Of a stretch of DNA of 64,000 nucleotides, positions 1 through 15,182 are shown piece after piece. The position numbers and the translations under genes were made by a program. The notes beneath the pieces are model-generated. The model worked only from the letters and a program-made list of their open reading frames with translations. It had not been told where the DNA came from and did no database searches. Position 1 is the stretch's first letter; the number at the start of each line of letters is the position of its first letter. Origin of the DNA: the human T2T-CHM13v2.0 reference genome, Homo sapiens; the NCBI RefSeq assembly GCF_009914755.1, contig NC_060933.1. One strand, written 5' to 3'.

Positions 1-245
1 ATAGATTAAGGAGCACTTTATGCAGAAATCTCTAGGAAAAGGGTGCTAACTTTTGGGTCATCAGGTCATTGCTATGGAAAGGGGAAGTAACTCCTGGGTG
101 TTGCCACGGCAATGGTAAACTGACATGGCATGCTGGTGGGCATGTCTTATGGAAAGCTGCTTCTACCCCATCCCTGTTTTAGGTAGTGTCCAATTTGATC
201 CAGTGTCCAAGCCCCACCTCGAGTGGAGTCCCACCTCCTACCTCA
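1..245 (-). mobile_element. ERV1 LTR fragment (MER41-like)
   Basis: Reverse complement begins TGAGGTAGGAGGTGGGACTC; contains a gttgccacggcaa motif. Confidence 0.6.
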
Positions 246-249
246 CAGT

Positions 250-1340
250 GATTAACAAATATTTAACAGGAGGTCCTCTGAGGCTGTATAAATATCCAGT
301 TTCTTCTTAAAATTTTGTCCACCAATTTTATCATAGTCAGTGGATATTGCAATTACTGTTATAGTGTTCTAATGGTGATCTTCTGTTTTCTTAGTTTCTT
401 CTATATTTACTATTTGAAATTCTTCTATAAGGAAAATTTATCTCTTCTTCCCCGTTTATTTATTTATTCAATCCATTTTTATTTATATCAATATGGACTC
501 ATGGATATTTATTTTATTCTTCAGGTTATAATGCACTACCACATTTATTAACCTTGTTGCTCAACTTTAGCCACTGGGAGCTCTTTCAGGTTGACTTTTA
601 CGTCCTTTTGTCATGCCCTATCTTTATTTTTTCAATATACTTTCTTACTTGCTGGCACTCCTTTAGGATTTAGGACCATCTTGTATTTATTTTCCTTGAC
701 TCAGCTCTAGAACTACCCATTTCTCCAAGGGGCCCTGGTTCCTTTTATTGGAGAATGGTATTTAGGAACCAAGATTTGGGGGCTGAGAGTGCCCATTGCT
801 ACTGGGGTGTCACTGCTTCTAGGCCTTCTCAGCAGACAGAGCAAGGAAATATATATATAAACTAACCTATGAATATACATGTGTATACTTATTTCTGAAT
901 CTATTTGTATATACATTAAAATAAACATGAATTTATGCTGACACCAGCCCTGCAGGGTTCATACTAGTCTTTCCCCTGTTATCAATTGTGACTTTTTCTT
1001 TGACAATGAGAAACCTGACTCCCATTATCTATCATTTATTTATTTATTTATTTGTTGATCTTGTATATATATTAAAATAAACATGAATTCATACTGACAC
1101 TAGCCCTGTAGGGTTCATATTAGTCTTTCCCCTGTTATCAATTGTGACTTTTTTCTTTGACAATGAGAAATCTGGCTCCCATTATCTATCATTTATTTAC
1201 TTATTTGTTGAACCCTTACATACATATAAAGTAGCTTCAGAATGCTAACCTGTACTCCTATGAGAAATACATCTACCAACTACACCACAGTGTTTATAAA
1301 TGGCTTGTTTTGTCTTTAACTACATATAATTTTTAATATT
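250..1340 (-). mobile_element. Old L1M 3' fragment containing a tandem duplication
   Basis: AT-rich L1M-like 3' UTR sequence; duplication at 905-1211. Confidence 0.55.
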
Positions 1341-2084
1341 TAAAACAAGGCTTGGACTCACACCCCAGCTTTGCTACTCACTGGCTGTGTAGATACATAT
1401 AAGGCACACACCTAACTTCTCTTTTATTTCAGTTTACTTACCTGTAAAATGAGGATAATAAACTCTGCTCTACCTGATTCATAGCCCTGATGGTGGGGAT
1501 TAATTATAGGAGATATAAAAGGGCTCAGAAGAATTGCCTAGTACCCCTCAAATGCCCAATATCATTACATCACTGTCACTGAGCTCCAGGTTTGGGCCTT
1601 GCACATGGCAGTTTCTGCCCTTTGAGTCTTGTCCTGCTCTAAGGCACATACAAGGGACACAAATGTCCACTCCTTTCTGCATCCAACTCAGTGAGTTTGA
1701 TCCAAGCTGGGAGGGAGGCTGGTCTCTGACTAAATAAACACAGACATTAAGAGCATCTGGGCTCTTGGAGGCTTTCACTACTCACTGGAGCATTTCAGCC
1801 TGACCAGCCTGGCCAGAGCCAAAGCTCACAACTGGCCTTTTCCCTCAGCTGCCTCAAGCAGTAGCCTTCCTGGGGGCCTTCCCCTTCATTTGGAAGACCC
1901 CCACACCCTGGGATGGGAAGCTTTGCTCTCACTCTGTGCTGAAGACTGGCAAGGTCCATTCCTTTTCTGGTCCCCAGCTTCCCTATCTGTAAAATGAGGG
2001 AGTTGGATTAGATCATACGTCACAAAGCGGTAGCCAGATCCAGCAGGCACGTGTTCCATTCGGCCCACAGAGCATTTTCAGTAT

Positions 2085-2700
2085 GTTTTTAAAAAAATTA
2101 AAACACTTTCTATTTTAGAGCAGCTTTAGGCTTACAAAACAAATGGGCAGAAAGTACTGAGAGGTTCCACATAGTTACTCTCCCCACTCCCACCTTAACA
2201 GTTTCCTTTGTTATTAACATCTTGCATTAATATGGTGCAAGTGTTATAACTGATGAACCAACATCAATACATTATTATTAACTAAAGCCCATAATTCATA
2301 TTAGGGTTCATTATTTGTGCTGTACAGATCTACAGGTTATGATAGATGCATGAGGTCATGTATTCACTATTACAGTAGCATGCCGAATAATTTCACTGCC
2401 CTAAAAATCTGCTGTGCTTCACCTATTCATACCTCCCACTTCCTCCCAAACCCCTAGTAACCACTGATCTTTTTTACTGTCTCTATAGTTTTGCCATTTC
2501 CAGAGTGTCAAAAATGATATGCAATCATACAGTATGTAGCCTTTTCAGATTGGCTTCTTTCACTTAGCAATATTCATTTAAGATTCCCCCATGTGTTTTT
2601 GCAGCTTGATAGTTTACTTCTTTTTTTGCTGAATAATATTCCATTGTATTGATGTACCACAGTCAATACCCATTTACCAGTATGTACCTATTTACCAGTA
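2085..2700 (-). mobile_element. L1M 3' end fragment
   Basis: Typical motifs accactgatctttt, ggcttctttcacttagcaat, gaataatattccattgtat. Confidence 0.8.
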
Positions 2701-5700
2701 TGATTTTTTGGCTGGAACTATTGCCAACATTCAAGAATGAGAGGCATTACTTTGAAATCCAGATTTTCAGATTCTCTTGAAGAATGCGAAGATTTGGTGA
2801 CACAGGGTCTATCTTCCCAGATGGCAATAATTGGTGAGAAGTGAATAGCAGTAGCTCTCTTTGGATGGGGCACGAGGGATTGAGGCACATGCACTACGAT
2901 CCCCTCCTGTCGTTCTTATGTGACCTGCCAAGTCCTGGTAAGAACTTAGACCACGTTTGCATCTTATTAGCCGAGTGTCTCCAGGCAAATATGCTGATTG
3001 TTTTTCATTTGCACCACTTCCTAGCCCCCAATCTTACCTCCACCCTTTTCTGTCCTGCTCTGTGTCCTGAGACTGAACCTGTAGACTGCATCTCCCAGGC
3101 TCCCTTGCTGGCTAGCTTCCAGGTGGGCTTGGCTGCAGAAGGCATTGGCAAGAGATCAGAGGGTGAGAGGAGAAAGGGACCACTCTCTACTCCCACTGCA
3201 CTCCTCCACACCTAAGTACCTACTTTCTGGAAGGAGCTGCAGGTCCCCAAACCGTGGCTTCTGCTGGGCAACCCTCCCTAACAGTCCCCATCCTCACTGG
3301 GTGCTGGCAACTCCATGCCTCCCTTTGCTTCTTCCCACTGGGCTAGCCTCTGGGTCATCTCTTGTTTCCTCTCTTAACTTTATTATTCCTCTGTAAGTGA
3401 TCCTTTCATTGAAGTCTCTATTTGAACCATCTGGGTGCATTCTGTTTCCTGTTGAAAGTGATAAAGCAAAATGCTTATTTTCTCGTGCCTCAGTGTCCTC
3501 ATCTAAAAATAAGAATCATATTAATGCCCACTTCGCAGGGATGATATGGCAATCAAATGAGAAAATGTATTTATGATACCTAGTTCAGTGCCTGGCATAG
3601 GTAAGTGCTCAATGAACGTTCATTGATATTATCATCATCACTCCCATTGGAATTTATAACCTGGGGCTATACGATCTCTATAGGTCCTTACAGCATGAAT
3701 GGAATATGAATGGGTGATTCTCTATACAAAAGTTGCTGCCAATCCAGATATTATTTTAGTCTTTTGATCTCAAGGTAGAGTTGAGGCTTAGACAATAAAA
3801 ATTATAATTATCTCTTGTTGCCATTTATAAGCAAGAGGACTATGCCTTTTACAGAGAGGTTTCTTCACGTGATGTCAGCCATTTGGAACTTTCATGCCCT
3901 GTTACAGATAACAGGTAACATTTATGGAGCATTTTCTCTATGCCAAATAACCTGAGTCTTTATATGTGGAATTGTATAATGCCACACGTTACTGCCTCTA
4001 CAGATACAATCACTGAGGTTCAGAGAGACAAAGTGACTTCTCCAACGTCACACGGTCAGTAAGTTTTTAAACTAGGACTAACCCAGGTCTCCTGGCTCCA
4101 GGTCTGGTACATTTCCCATTATATACCCTGCCCCTTTATGGGCAAGAACTCTGCCACACCAATACCCATGAGCTCTCCTCACCACAAAAATCTTCCCACT
4201 TCTAAATAGAAACATCACTCAGCCTTATAAATTTCCTAATTAAGGTGGCAGGATCTTGAGAAGTGTAAAGTGATATTATTGAAGGTGGGGTGGAAGTCTG
4301 CCCTTGACCACCCCTTTTCCTTGCCAGGCTCCAGGAAACAAGCATCCACTCTCACTTCCTGATGTCAGCCAGTCTCACCGAGTCTACGCCCAGTTTGATC
4401 TCCTTTGACGTGTCTCCTTGTGAGAGGGGAAAACCGAGTCAGCTGGAAGAGCCCAGTGAGAAGGAAGCAAAAAATGAGGCTCAGGCAGAGAAACCAAATC
4501 CCTCCACTCAGATGTGAGTGTGACAAATATGTGCGTAATAAAGGAAAGGAGGGATGAATGAGTCAATGAATCCACCAAGGCGTCAGACCTGGGGATCAGA
4601 CTACAAGGTCTGAACCCATCCCCCTTGTATCACCTTGCTGAGCCTCAGTTTCCTCATCTGTGGAATGGGCTGCTACTGCCTGTCATTTGGGAGTTGCTTT
4701 GGAAGTTGAAGGAGATCACATGCACATAGCACCTGGCACACAGTATGACCTCAGGGATGGCTGATCTCTGCCCTCTTCCTTGTTTCACATTCTCCCGACA
4801 CATTCCTTGACTTATCTGAGCCCTCTGGAAATGTATTCCAGCTTGAGGTCTCCTAGGTTGTTATAGCAATGATATCTAAGAATCATTATAGTTGAGATTT
4901 GTAGAAAGCAAAATGTGCAGCAACCTAAAGTTCTGACTCCTTGGACATATATTTGCATGCCTTGGCATTCAGTGATGTGCTGTCAATATGTCAGGTGCTT
5001 AAGAAATATTAGTTGACTTGATTTTCAGTCTAGATAGTTGAGGTTTGGATCATTGTCACCTCCTCATACTCTTAGTAAGCACTCTTACTAGGCACTTGGA
5101 CATTCATAAAATTTCCAGAGCCCCCAAAAGCCTGAGAGGTAGTTAGGAAAATATATGTTATCGCCATTTTTATGGATGGGGAAACTGAGTCTGTGAGGTT
5201 AGGCAACTGTCAAGGGTCACAGAAGTCCCCCAATTCAGAATCCGGTGGTCTTTACATTCTAATGAGCTGTCTGTTTATCTTGGAATAGGAAAAAAAAAAA
5301 GGTGGTATCATCGAGCTAGCCTCTGAGTAATATTTCTCTCAGCCTCAGGAGAGGAGAAGCACCTTGCCAGGGGCACAGCACAATGGGAACTGTGTTGGGA
5401 CAAAAATATGAGTTCTCTCACTCTTTGCATCGAGCTTTTCTCGTTCTGCCATGTGCCTTAGATTCAAAAGGAATAGATGTAAGGCAGGGAGTACTTGGAA
5501 CTGACAAAATAAGAAATACTTCCAGTCCTCAGAGTCCTGGTAAATTAAATTCCCCTAGAGAGTGACTAGGAGAAGAGTTTCCAAGCCCAGCGTTCTGCAT
5601 GCCTGGGGGAGCCGAAGCTGGAATGTTTCCCAGGAGTCTAGGCCTGGCTGCCTAGCTGCTGCCTGAGAGGCTCAGAGATGGCATTCGAGCCCCAGATCCC

Positions 5701-6689
5701 CTGGCTGGAGCCAAGCATAAGAACCCCAGGGTGCTTGGATTCACACAGTGCCCTCCCCAGCACTGTTCCTGACCCAGCTGTCACAGGTGGGTGGACACCC
5801 AAGCAGGGGCTGGGAAGCAGAGATGGCTGGAGCTGCTAAGAGGGGCCAGGGCTCCAGGGCACACTTGACTTGTCTCTCAGTGGAGCCAGGGACATGCTCC
5901 AATGACACCCATGGCTGCTTCCTCATAGGGCACCCTCTGCCTCTCTGGAGCCTGCCGCTGGCTCTATCGAAAGGGGCCAGTGGGAAATAGTCATGGGGTC
6001 CTACTCTGATCTGAGCAGCCAGAGGGAGTGACATGAGCTGAGAGTTGTGAATAAACCCCTGTACTTTGTACTTACTTACTCAACTTGACAAACATTCCCC
6101 ATGGACTTGCCCTCTGTCAGACTGCACTGGGAACTGGGGATTCTGTAGTGAATCAGGCACTATGTTTGCTCTTCAGAATCTAGTAAGAGTTGGGCTCACA
6201 TAGCCAAAATGCAAAGCAGAGCATGGCAGCGCCCTGGAAGATGAATTCCAGATTCCTGCTGCCTGGTCCAGAATCAGCATAGCCCAACAATGCTAGGTGA
6301 CCTTGGTCAAGTTGCTTAATCTCTCTACCCTCAGTTTCCATCCTTACCCTTCTTTCTCAAAGAGCTACTCTAAGAAGAAAATAAGACAATTGGCCTGGAC
6401 ATACTTTGGAGTCAAAGCTGAATAGGGAGAGACGATTGCTAGTGTTTCATAGTGTCATCAGTAACATAGACACCATTTATTCAGTATCTTCCCAGGTACC
6501 AAGCATCTGACCAGTGTTGCATGTCATTCTTCCAACACTCCTGGTACAGCTCTATTATTATCTATATTTTAGAGATGAGAAATTGAGGCTCAGAGAGGGG
6601 AGGTGACTTACCCATGGTCACACTGCTTGTAAGTGACAGAGCTGGGATTGGAACCAGGACATTTGGATTCCAGAGCCTATGTTCTTTCT

Positions 6690-6842
6690 GGACTTTCTTC
6701 CTTATTTCTTTCTTACTCTCTCTCTCTCCCTCGCTCTCACTCTCCTCTCTCTCTCCCCCCACCTCTCCGTCTACCTCCCCCTCTCTCTCTCCCTCTCCCT
6801 CTTTCTCTCCCTTTCCCTCTCCCTTTCCCTCTCCTTTCTTTT
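6690..6842 (+). repeat. CT-rich low-complexity tract
   Basis: Degenerate (CT)n/(CCCTCT)n. Confidence 0.85.
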
Positions 6843-9800
6843 TGGATGGCCCCTGGTAAATCCTCTTCACTCTTTAATTCAGCAATGACTTCTTGAACCC
6901 TTTCTCTCTGACAAGCATTGTGTCAGGCTCTGAGCATATAGAGGTAAGCAGGCTTGAAGCCTTCCCTCCTGGACTCACAGCTCAGTGGGGAGAACAAGCA
7001 ATGAAGAATAATTATAGGCATAATGACTCTCACACAAGGGCAGAGACAGGGCCCCATGGGAGTGTGAACTTTATCTAGGAATTGAGCAAGGTCTTCCAGA
7101 GACAGTGATATTTAGATAAAATCTGAAGGCTGGCTAGGAGTTGGCCAGACAAGAATTCAGGGAGGAGGGAACAGCATGGAGTCTGGAGTCCAAAGGGCTC
7201 AAGGAACACAACAGGACAGATGCGCCATTCGAGAAACAGAAAGACACCAATAGCACAGGCTGCAGGGAGGAGTGGTACATGGATTGGCAGCAGAGGGAGG
7301 CAGGAGCCCTGTGACACATGTCAAGGAGTTTGGACTCTCTCCCGGGTGTCCTTGAGAGCAGATCTCATAGGGTTTGCATACCCTTCCTTTTACATCTTCA
7401 TGGCTTCCTCATCCCCGCTCTGACTGTTCAGTCGGCAGCTGAGGAACGAGGAGGGGCAGGATCTAGGGGAGCTGACAGTGACCAGACGAGCTGAGGTCAG
7501 TGCAGAGCTGCGGATAGGACAAGGAGGGACTGGGCAGGGACCAGGACAGTGAAGCACTTGGGAGAGCTTTCAGTGGTGCTCGGACTTGAGGGCAGTCAGG
7601 AATCATTCATTCATTCATCATTCGTTCATTCTACAGATGTTTACTGAATGCCTACTATGCTCTGGGCACTGTTCTGGACACTGGGGGAGACCTCAGAAAA
7701 CAGACATAATTCTGTTACTTTCTAGTGGAGAGACAGAAAACAAACATAACAAATGAGACAGTCACACATTATAGCAGAAGGTGACAGGTGTAGGGAAAGA
7801 ATAAAGGAAGGAAGGCTCCCAAAGGCGAGGAGGGCCAGGCAGCTATGACTGATAGGATGCACGATGAGGGCTTCTCAGAGAAGGTGCCATCTGCACAGGA
7901 CGTGAAAGTGGGGAGGAAGGAGCCAAAGGCACCCACAGGGAAGAGTGTTTCAGGCAGAAGGAACATCAGGTGCGAGACCTTGAGGCAGAAGGATGGAGGC
8001 TCTGTGTGGGGTTGGGGTGAGGGAGCAGGAGTGGGTGACCTCAGAGAGGTATTGGTCAGGGAGGGCAGTGAGGTCAGAGGTCAGGTAGGTGGAGCCTAGA
8101 GGGCACAGTGAGGACTTGGCTTTTCCTCGGGGTAAGATGAAGCGACACTGGGGAATTTTGATCAAAGAGGCGGCATGATTTAACTTCTACTTTCACAGGA
8201 CCCGCCTGGCTGCTGGGTGGGTATGAGAGGGTTGGGGTAAGAAGGGAGGCAGAGAGATCAGTTAGGAGGCTATTGCAGTAGTTCAGATGAAATTAGTTTG
8301 AAGTGGGAAAGTTGAGTTCAGCACAGAAGAGGTTAACGATACCAGTAATGGAGCTACCAAGGAGGTAACTGGGGGCCAAGGTGGGGCCAGAATAGAGAGG
8401 GACAGAGAGAGCCCACCTTCCTGTTTCCCACCTGTGTGAGTCTGGGAAGCTGAGATGTCCAAAGGGGAGTCCAGGCTCTTGGGGTGGAGGCCCCTATCCA
8501 TCCAGCCTTCTAAAATCTGTATTTTCTAGACCCTTCTTCCCTGCCTTTCGACTATTGCCTGGATCTCCTGCATCGAGTCTCACCTCCCCGAACCCATCCT
8601 CCAAGCTACCTCAGAGCACTCTTCCAAAACACACCTTGGACACCATCATTCCCTTGCACCAAGACCTTCAGTGGCTCCCTTTGTTTCAGGGCAAAGTCAG
8701 ATCTCCAGTTCCCTCATGATCTGGCACCACCCTAACCTCCCAGCCTCATCTCTCACCATTTCCATCACATACTCAATACCCCAGCCACATTCAGTGCCCT
8801 GCCCCTTCCCAGACAGACCTCAAGCTTTCCTTGTCTTTGCTTAATAATAGTCACTCCAGTTGATACAGCTTCACCATCAAAGTCCTCCAAGAAACCTTCT
8901 CAGACCTTCATCCCCTTCCCAAGCTGGATGAGATCACTCAGAACTTGAAAAGCTGGTGGAGCAGCCACCTTATTTCTATCAAGAGCCCAGGGAAGGGGAG
9001 TGGTAAAGGAAAGTAATGGTGAGCACTCAGGGGCAGAATGGCCAATGTGTGAGACTTCAAACCACACAAGAGGAAGAGAAAGGCAAGCATCCCCAGCTAG
9101 CCTGAGGCATATTGGCCCATGATCCTTAGAGGCAGAATGTGGAGGGAGCTCCGACGGGTTATGGCCAAGTATGTTCTTGGGCAAACCACTCTCCAAAGAA
9201 GGGAAAGAGAGAAGCTCCCTGTTAGTAAACTACCACCATGTGCCAGGCACTTTTCCTGCTGTGTCTACTCTGTTCAGCAACACTGTGAGGCGGGGATTAT
9301 GATCTCTTATCGGTTCCTCTGGTGACTTCTAACCAAGGCTGTGGCAAGGTTTTGTGCTATAGGTGGCATTTGCCCTGAGCTTTAAAACTAGGTAGACTTT
9401 GGGCATGTAGAGGTAAAGTTGGGATGTGGAAGGGAACAAAGGGCATTTTAGGCAGAGGGAATAAAATAGAGAGGGAAAAAAGGAGGTAATTGTGGGTCCC
9501 TGGATTTTAAAAGTAGAGTTGCCATTGTTTCATTTTTTTTAAAAAAGAGTATACTCTGAGGAGTAGCTGGAGCTAAGTCTGCGAAGGCCAATTAGGATCT
9601 GTTCTTGAAAAAGAGCCCCAAATGCCAGGCTAAGGCAGGGAAATTAAGAAGCAGTCCCTTCCCGTTGCACTCAGAAGTTTCCAAGCTGGTGGCTTCAGTG
9701 GAGAGAGGAGAACAGAACCCAACAACACAGAAGAAAATGGCTTCTCCTATCATAGCTAACCAAGCAATTTTAGCAGGCTTTTGGAGGAAAGAAAAAAGCA

Positions 9801-11039
9801 ACAACAAAACCTGCCAGGCTTTGCTTGATGGTGTCTACAAGGGAATTTTGGAAACAGACAGGCTTGTGGATCAAAATATAAAGCTCACCACTTAAATAGC
9901 TTTATTTCTCAACAGCTGCACTAAGTCCCTAAGCCTCCCAACACACAGGAGGAGGTAATAGGCATCGCTACTCCTTGCAGAGGACAGACACCCCAGTCTG
10001 CAGGCACCTCGGGCCCCAGCTCTGACCTCACAGGGGAAGTGGGGCCCCATCCCCAGGGGGTAGCTTAGGAAGGACCCAAGAGGGCAGGGGAGTCACTGAG
10101 TGGGGAGTATATGTTCTTAGATCTTGGGCCACTCTCATCGAGTTCCACCCTAACCTGGCATTGAGGCCCAAACGGGAGATATTTGGAGGCCTATTCAAGG
10201 CTGAGGAATGGATTTCAAAGGGTCCCAATTGCCCACCACTCCCAGCTCCACGTTGGGCTTCCATTTGCTTTGCCCTGGTCATCGGCTGTGTGATATAGTC
10301 AGCACTGCAGGGCCTCACCATGAAGGAGCTGTTGAAAAACCCAGCCCCCGCCCCCGGCCCGTGCTCAACACCCCACAACCCACCTGCCAGGCTGTATAGG
10401 TCTATCAGCCTCCACTAAAGATCAGAGAACATCAGAAAATTGCAGCCATAAAACCGGATTCCAAATATAACTCTTCCAAGGGACAAAAACAAAGAAATAT
10501 AAACCCTCCATGAGTGGTTTTCTCATGTTTCTTGTCTTGAAGACCACTTTCCTTTTCCTTCTCTGTGAGAAAAATCCCTTTGCCAGTCCTTCACCAGGTG
10601 AGTCCTCACAGGAATGAGACTAACTCAAAGTCAGGGAAATCCATCATACAAAATACACCTAGCAGGAATTTCTCAAAGACCAAGTCTAGAATAGTCACGC
10701 AGGGCCTCAGCAGAAACACATGAGGTGAGCTTGGGCACTCAAAAGACAGTCCTCTTCTATGTGTCTTCACCAAAATGAAATGAAAATGCCACTGGTTCTC
10801 CCCACCACCTCCCAAATGGTAATATTTGGAACACACACACACTTTCAAAGCTAAACAATAATTCTCAAAGCCAGTGTAGACTCTAGACTACTAGAAGACA
10901 TTTTTACAAATGCACATAATCTGCACAGATTCTCCCGCCCACATGGATATCCATCTTATACGTGCCCCTTTTTGCTCACACCAGTTGGAATTGTGTTTCT
11001 ATCACTTAAAATGGTAAGAGTCCCAACCAGTGCACCTCA

Positions 11040-11378
<339 letters not shown>

Positions 11379-12939
11379 AGAAGCATCCAGCCTCAAATAA
11401 CAGAAATGTATTATGTCACAAAACAGAAAGTGTGGAGTTGGGATGGGCTTCAGGGTAGGTTGATTCAGGGATTCAATGGTGTCTTCAGGTTCTTCCAAGC
11501 TCCTTACTCTGCCTAGAAACAAGGACACATCAATTTCGAACATCACATCTGTATGGAATCTTCCACATGATGTCAATCTGAGGAAGTAGGGGAACCGTTT
11601 CTTACTATGTCTGCCTCCCAGGGATAAGGCAAGGAAAACTTCCCCAAAGTCCTCAGCAGATATTTCCTGTGTTTCATTGGCCAAAATCAGATCTCATGGC
11701 TTTCCTCAATCAGTGAGTTGAGATAGAGACACTGGCAAGTGAAATGGGATTTTCCCTAGACCAATCAAGCACTCCTCTGAAGTTGGGGGTGGGGTCAGAG
11801 ACCCCCAGGGGTAGCTGGCTGTGTCTGTAAGTGTATGATGGGGTTACCTCAATCACACTCGGGTTCTGTTAGGAAGGAACAAAAGGAAAACGGCACTGGC
11901 AGGTAGCCCACGATGTGCACTGCACTACGTCCAATGATTACCTTGGCCAAAGCTTTCCTTAAACTTGGGCCACATCAAGTTCTCAGGCAGGAAGTTTTCT
12001 CCCCCTAGTCTCTGCAAGAGAATGGTGATCATAAGACATCCACACACAATGTCCAGAATCAACCTTCAGGTGTCGACATTTGTCCTAGTCACTTTGAGAA
12101 AGGTTCTCTGGACTGCTGTCATGGGATGGACTAAAGTGAGGTGGTGCTGAATGCAGGAAGTCAGTCCAGCTGTCAGCCCAGCACCAGTAAAATCAGCAGA
12201 CACCCCAGCCCAGGAATGCCAAGGCATGAGTCAGGACTAAGTTTTCGGTCAGAAGGGTGAAGAAAAGAAGGGTGTGTTGTCAGAGGGAGACTCTTGGGGA
12301 TTTTGCCAAAGGAGGATCTTGGGGCCCTGAGGCCTTCTGTGCAGGAAAGGCAGGGAGACAAGACTCTGTGAGTTGGAGGTGGAGGGAGGGGCCCCCAGTG
12401 CCATACCCTTTACATGTCCTGAATGGTGCAAGGCAGGTTGGGTGAACAGGACCCTCACTAGGACTGACCTTGAAGCTCTTCGCTCCGTCAGCTCACCAGT
12501 CATTGCTTGGTGATGGGAACAGAGTGTGGGATTTGGTTTCCCCAGCCTCACCTCAGTCTGAATTCTCCAAACACTCTATGCTGTTTCTTGCCTTCAAGCT
12601 TTGGCTCTGCTCTTCCCTCTTCAAAAAGGCTTTCTCCCACCCAGGCCTCCTAACTCATCCTTCACAGTACAGCCTTCGCAGTCCCAACTGAGTGAATAGC
12701 TTCCTCCTTCTGCTCCCACACAGCTGGAGGGCTGCACGCCTCCCTTTGGGTTGTAGTTTCTATCCACATGCTTATCTGTCCCTCTCACACAATGAGCTGG
12801 GGGCTCTCGGGAGCTGGGACCATATCTTGTTCATCTTGGTGGCCTCCACAGTGTCCAGCACAGCATAAGTCAACAACACCTGCTAAGAAAGGAGGATAGG
12901 AAAGGTGGAAAGAAGAGAGGCTCCTGTCACTTCTTCTAG

Positions 12940-13455
<516 letters not shown>

Positions 13456-13604
13456 CTCAAACTATGGCTGCAGAACTAAGAGGGGCAGACCATCTGCTAC
13501 AAACACCATTCTTTTCCAACCCAGCACCCAGCACTAGGCCAGACACAGCCTCCTTCCTCCTCTCTCTCCTTCCTTTCCACCCATCTTTCTCCACACCCCT
13601 TTCC

Positions 13605-15182
13605 AGGAGCAGATCATAATCCCGGAAGAGACAACCTTGAACACCATAATCCCAAATATTGAAAAATCCTGAAGGATCAAAATCCCAAAAACACAATTCT
13701 GGAAAAAATAATTTAAAAATTCTTGAAAAGATATTTATTTACATCTTTAAAAGAAGATTTATTTGAGAAACACAAAAACACATAGGCCACTTTACACAAT
13801 AAAATAGGCAATAATATCATACATATTTTTGCAAGCATAAATACTCAAGTGTACTAACAACAGTTATACAAGTATGACAGTTATGAGCAGATGTACTATA
13901 TTCATAAAGAAATAGGTTACAAATGGAAATGTATAAATGCATACCACCATAGTTAGTAGTTGTAGGCACCCAGATTTATAACGGCAGTCATCTGAAATAC
14001 CATGATGAACATCCTAAGTCTTTTGATGACATCAATAAAAAACCATGGTGCGTCACCACCAAATATGCAGTCACCCAAAGGGCCAAGATCTCAAGAAATG
14101 TTATTTTTACAAATGCAGATGTACAAAAAAGGACATATTTTCCTTTACTGAGGAAGCTTCAATGTTTTTACATACATGTACAATGCTTACACACAAGCCA
14201 ACATTGTGATGCTGTACTTTCATGGAGTCAAATTTGTAAAAGCTGCATAAAACAAATTAGAACTCTGAAAGCCTCTATACAATTTATACTACAAGTATTG
14301 GAAATGATGCAAAGATGAGATATGAAGGGTAGTGAATTGTAAAAAATAATACTGACAATTTTAAATAGTAGGGGGAAAACCCCAAAAGATTTAAAAACTA
14401 AAAAGAAAATTTGACATATTGAAAAGTGTATTATAGGGATAGATTATGGGCAATTGCACAGAGATAGTCCATAAGAGCTAGCTGATTTTCATGATTATTA
14501 ACTATGTTTTGAAGTCTTGCATCATGATAAATAGCTGCTTATTATTTTTTTGGACACAGATCTCCTTGGAAAATACATTCACATTCATTTTCTATGTGGC
14601 ACTGCTCTTTTTGAAATCCTTCTATGATACAATACACACTGACATTAGCATTTCCTATTAAATTTTCCAATCTTTTGAGCCCTGCTTCTGTGTTGTTTTG
14701 AGTACTCCAAAATGCATTCCACAAGCGTGCATATACAGACCACAAATTTGGTGGAAACGATAATGGCGATCAAACAGTAACACATTGTAACACCATTGGC
14801 TGTCTCCTTATCCTACCACGAAAATAATTGTTTTCAAACTAGTCAATAACGTCACCAGCTTCTTCAGGCAAATGTGGCTTTAATTCATTAAAAGCTCCTG
14901 GAATGTCATCAGCTAGAAGGAATGTCAATGCAGGCCAAGGAAACATTCTTAAACAGAAGTTTTCATAACTGCAATATTGCTTGGCCAAACAACTCATCTG
15001 AATTTTCCACCAGATGCAAATAAAGACAACAGCAAGGTAATAGTTCCGCCTAACGTGATGCAACTAACATAATGTAACTGCTCTGTGTGCAACCGAAACC
15101 CCCACTAATCCCACCTCCAGAATTCAGCTTTCAGGATGATGGTGTTTGGGATTGTGTTTTTTTGGATTAAGATCCAAAAGCC
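13605..15182 (-). mobile_element. Ricksha (MULE/MuDR) DNA transposon
   Basis: Terminal inverted repeats gatcataatccc..accataatccc..gaa / ttcaggatgatggtgtttgggattgtg..ggattaagatcc; minus-strand MULE transposase remnants (ALTFLLADDIPGAFNEL; TQNNTEA..IIEGFQKEQ). Confidence 0.85.

Noticed and set aside
6562-6896. Glu/Gly- and Ser/Pro-rich ORFs; CCCTCT-like tract as a possible SVA head
   Set aside because: Low-complexity CT tract next to a MIR; no SVA body follows.
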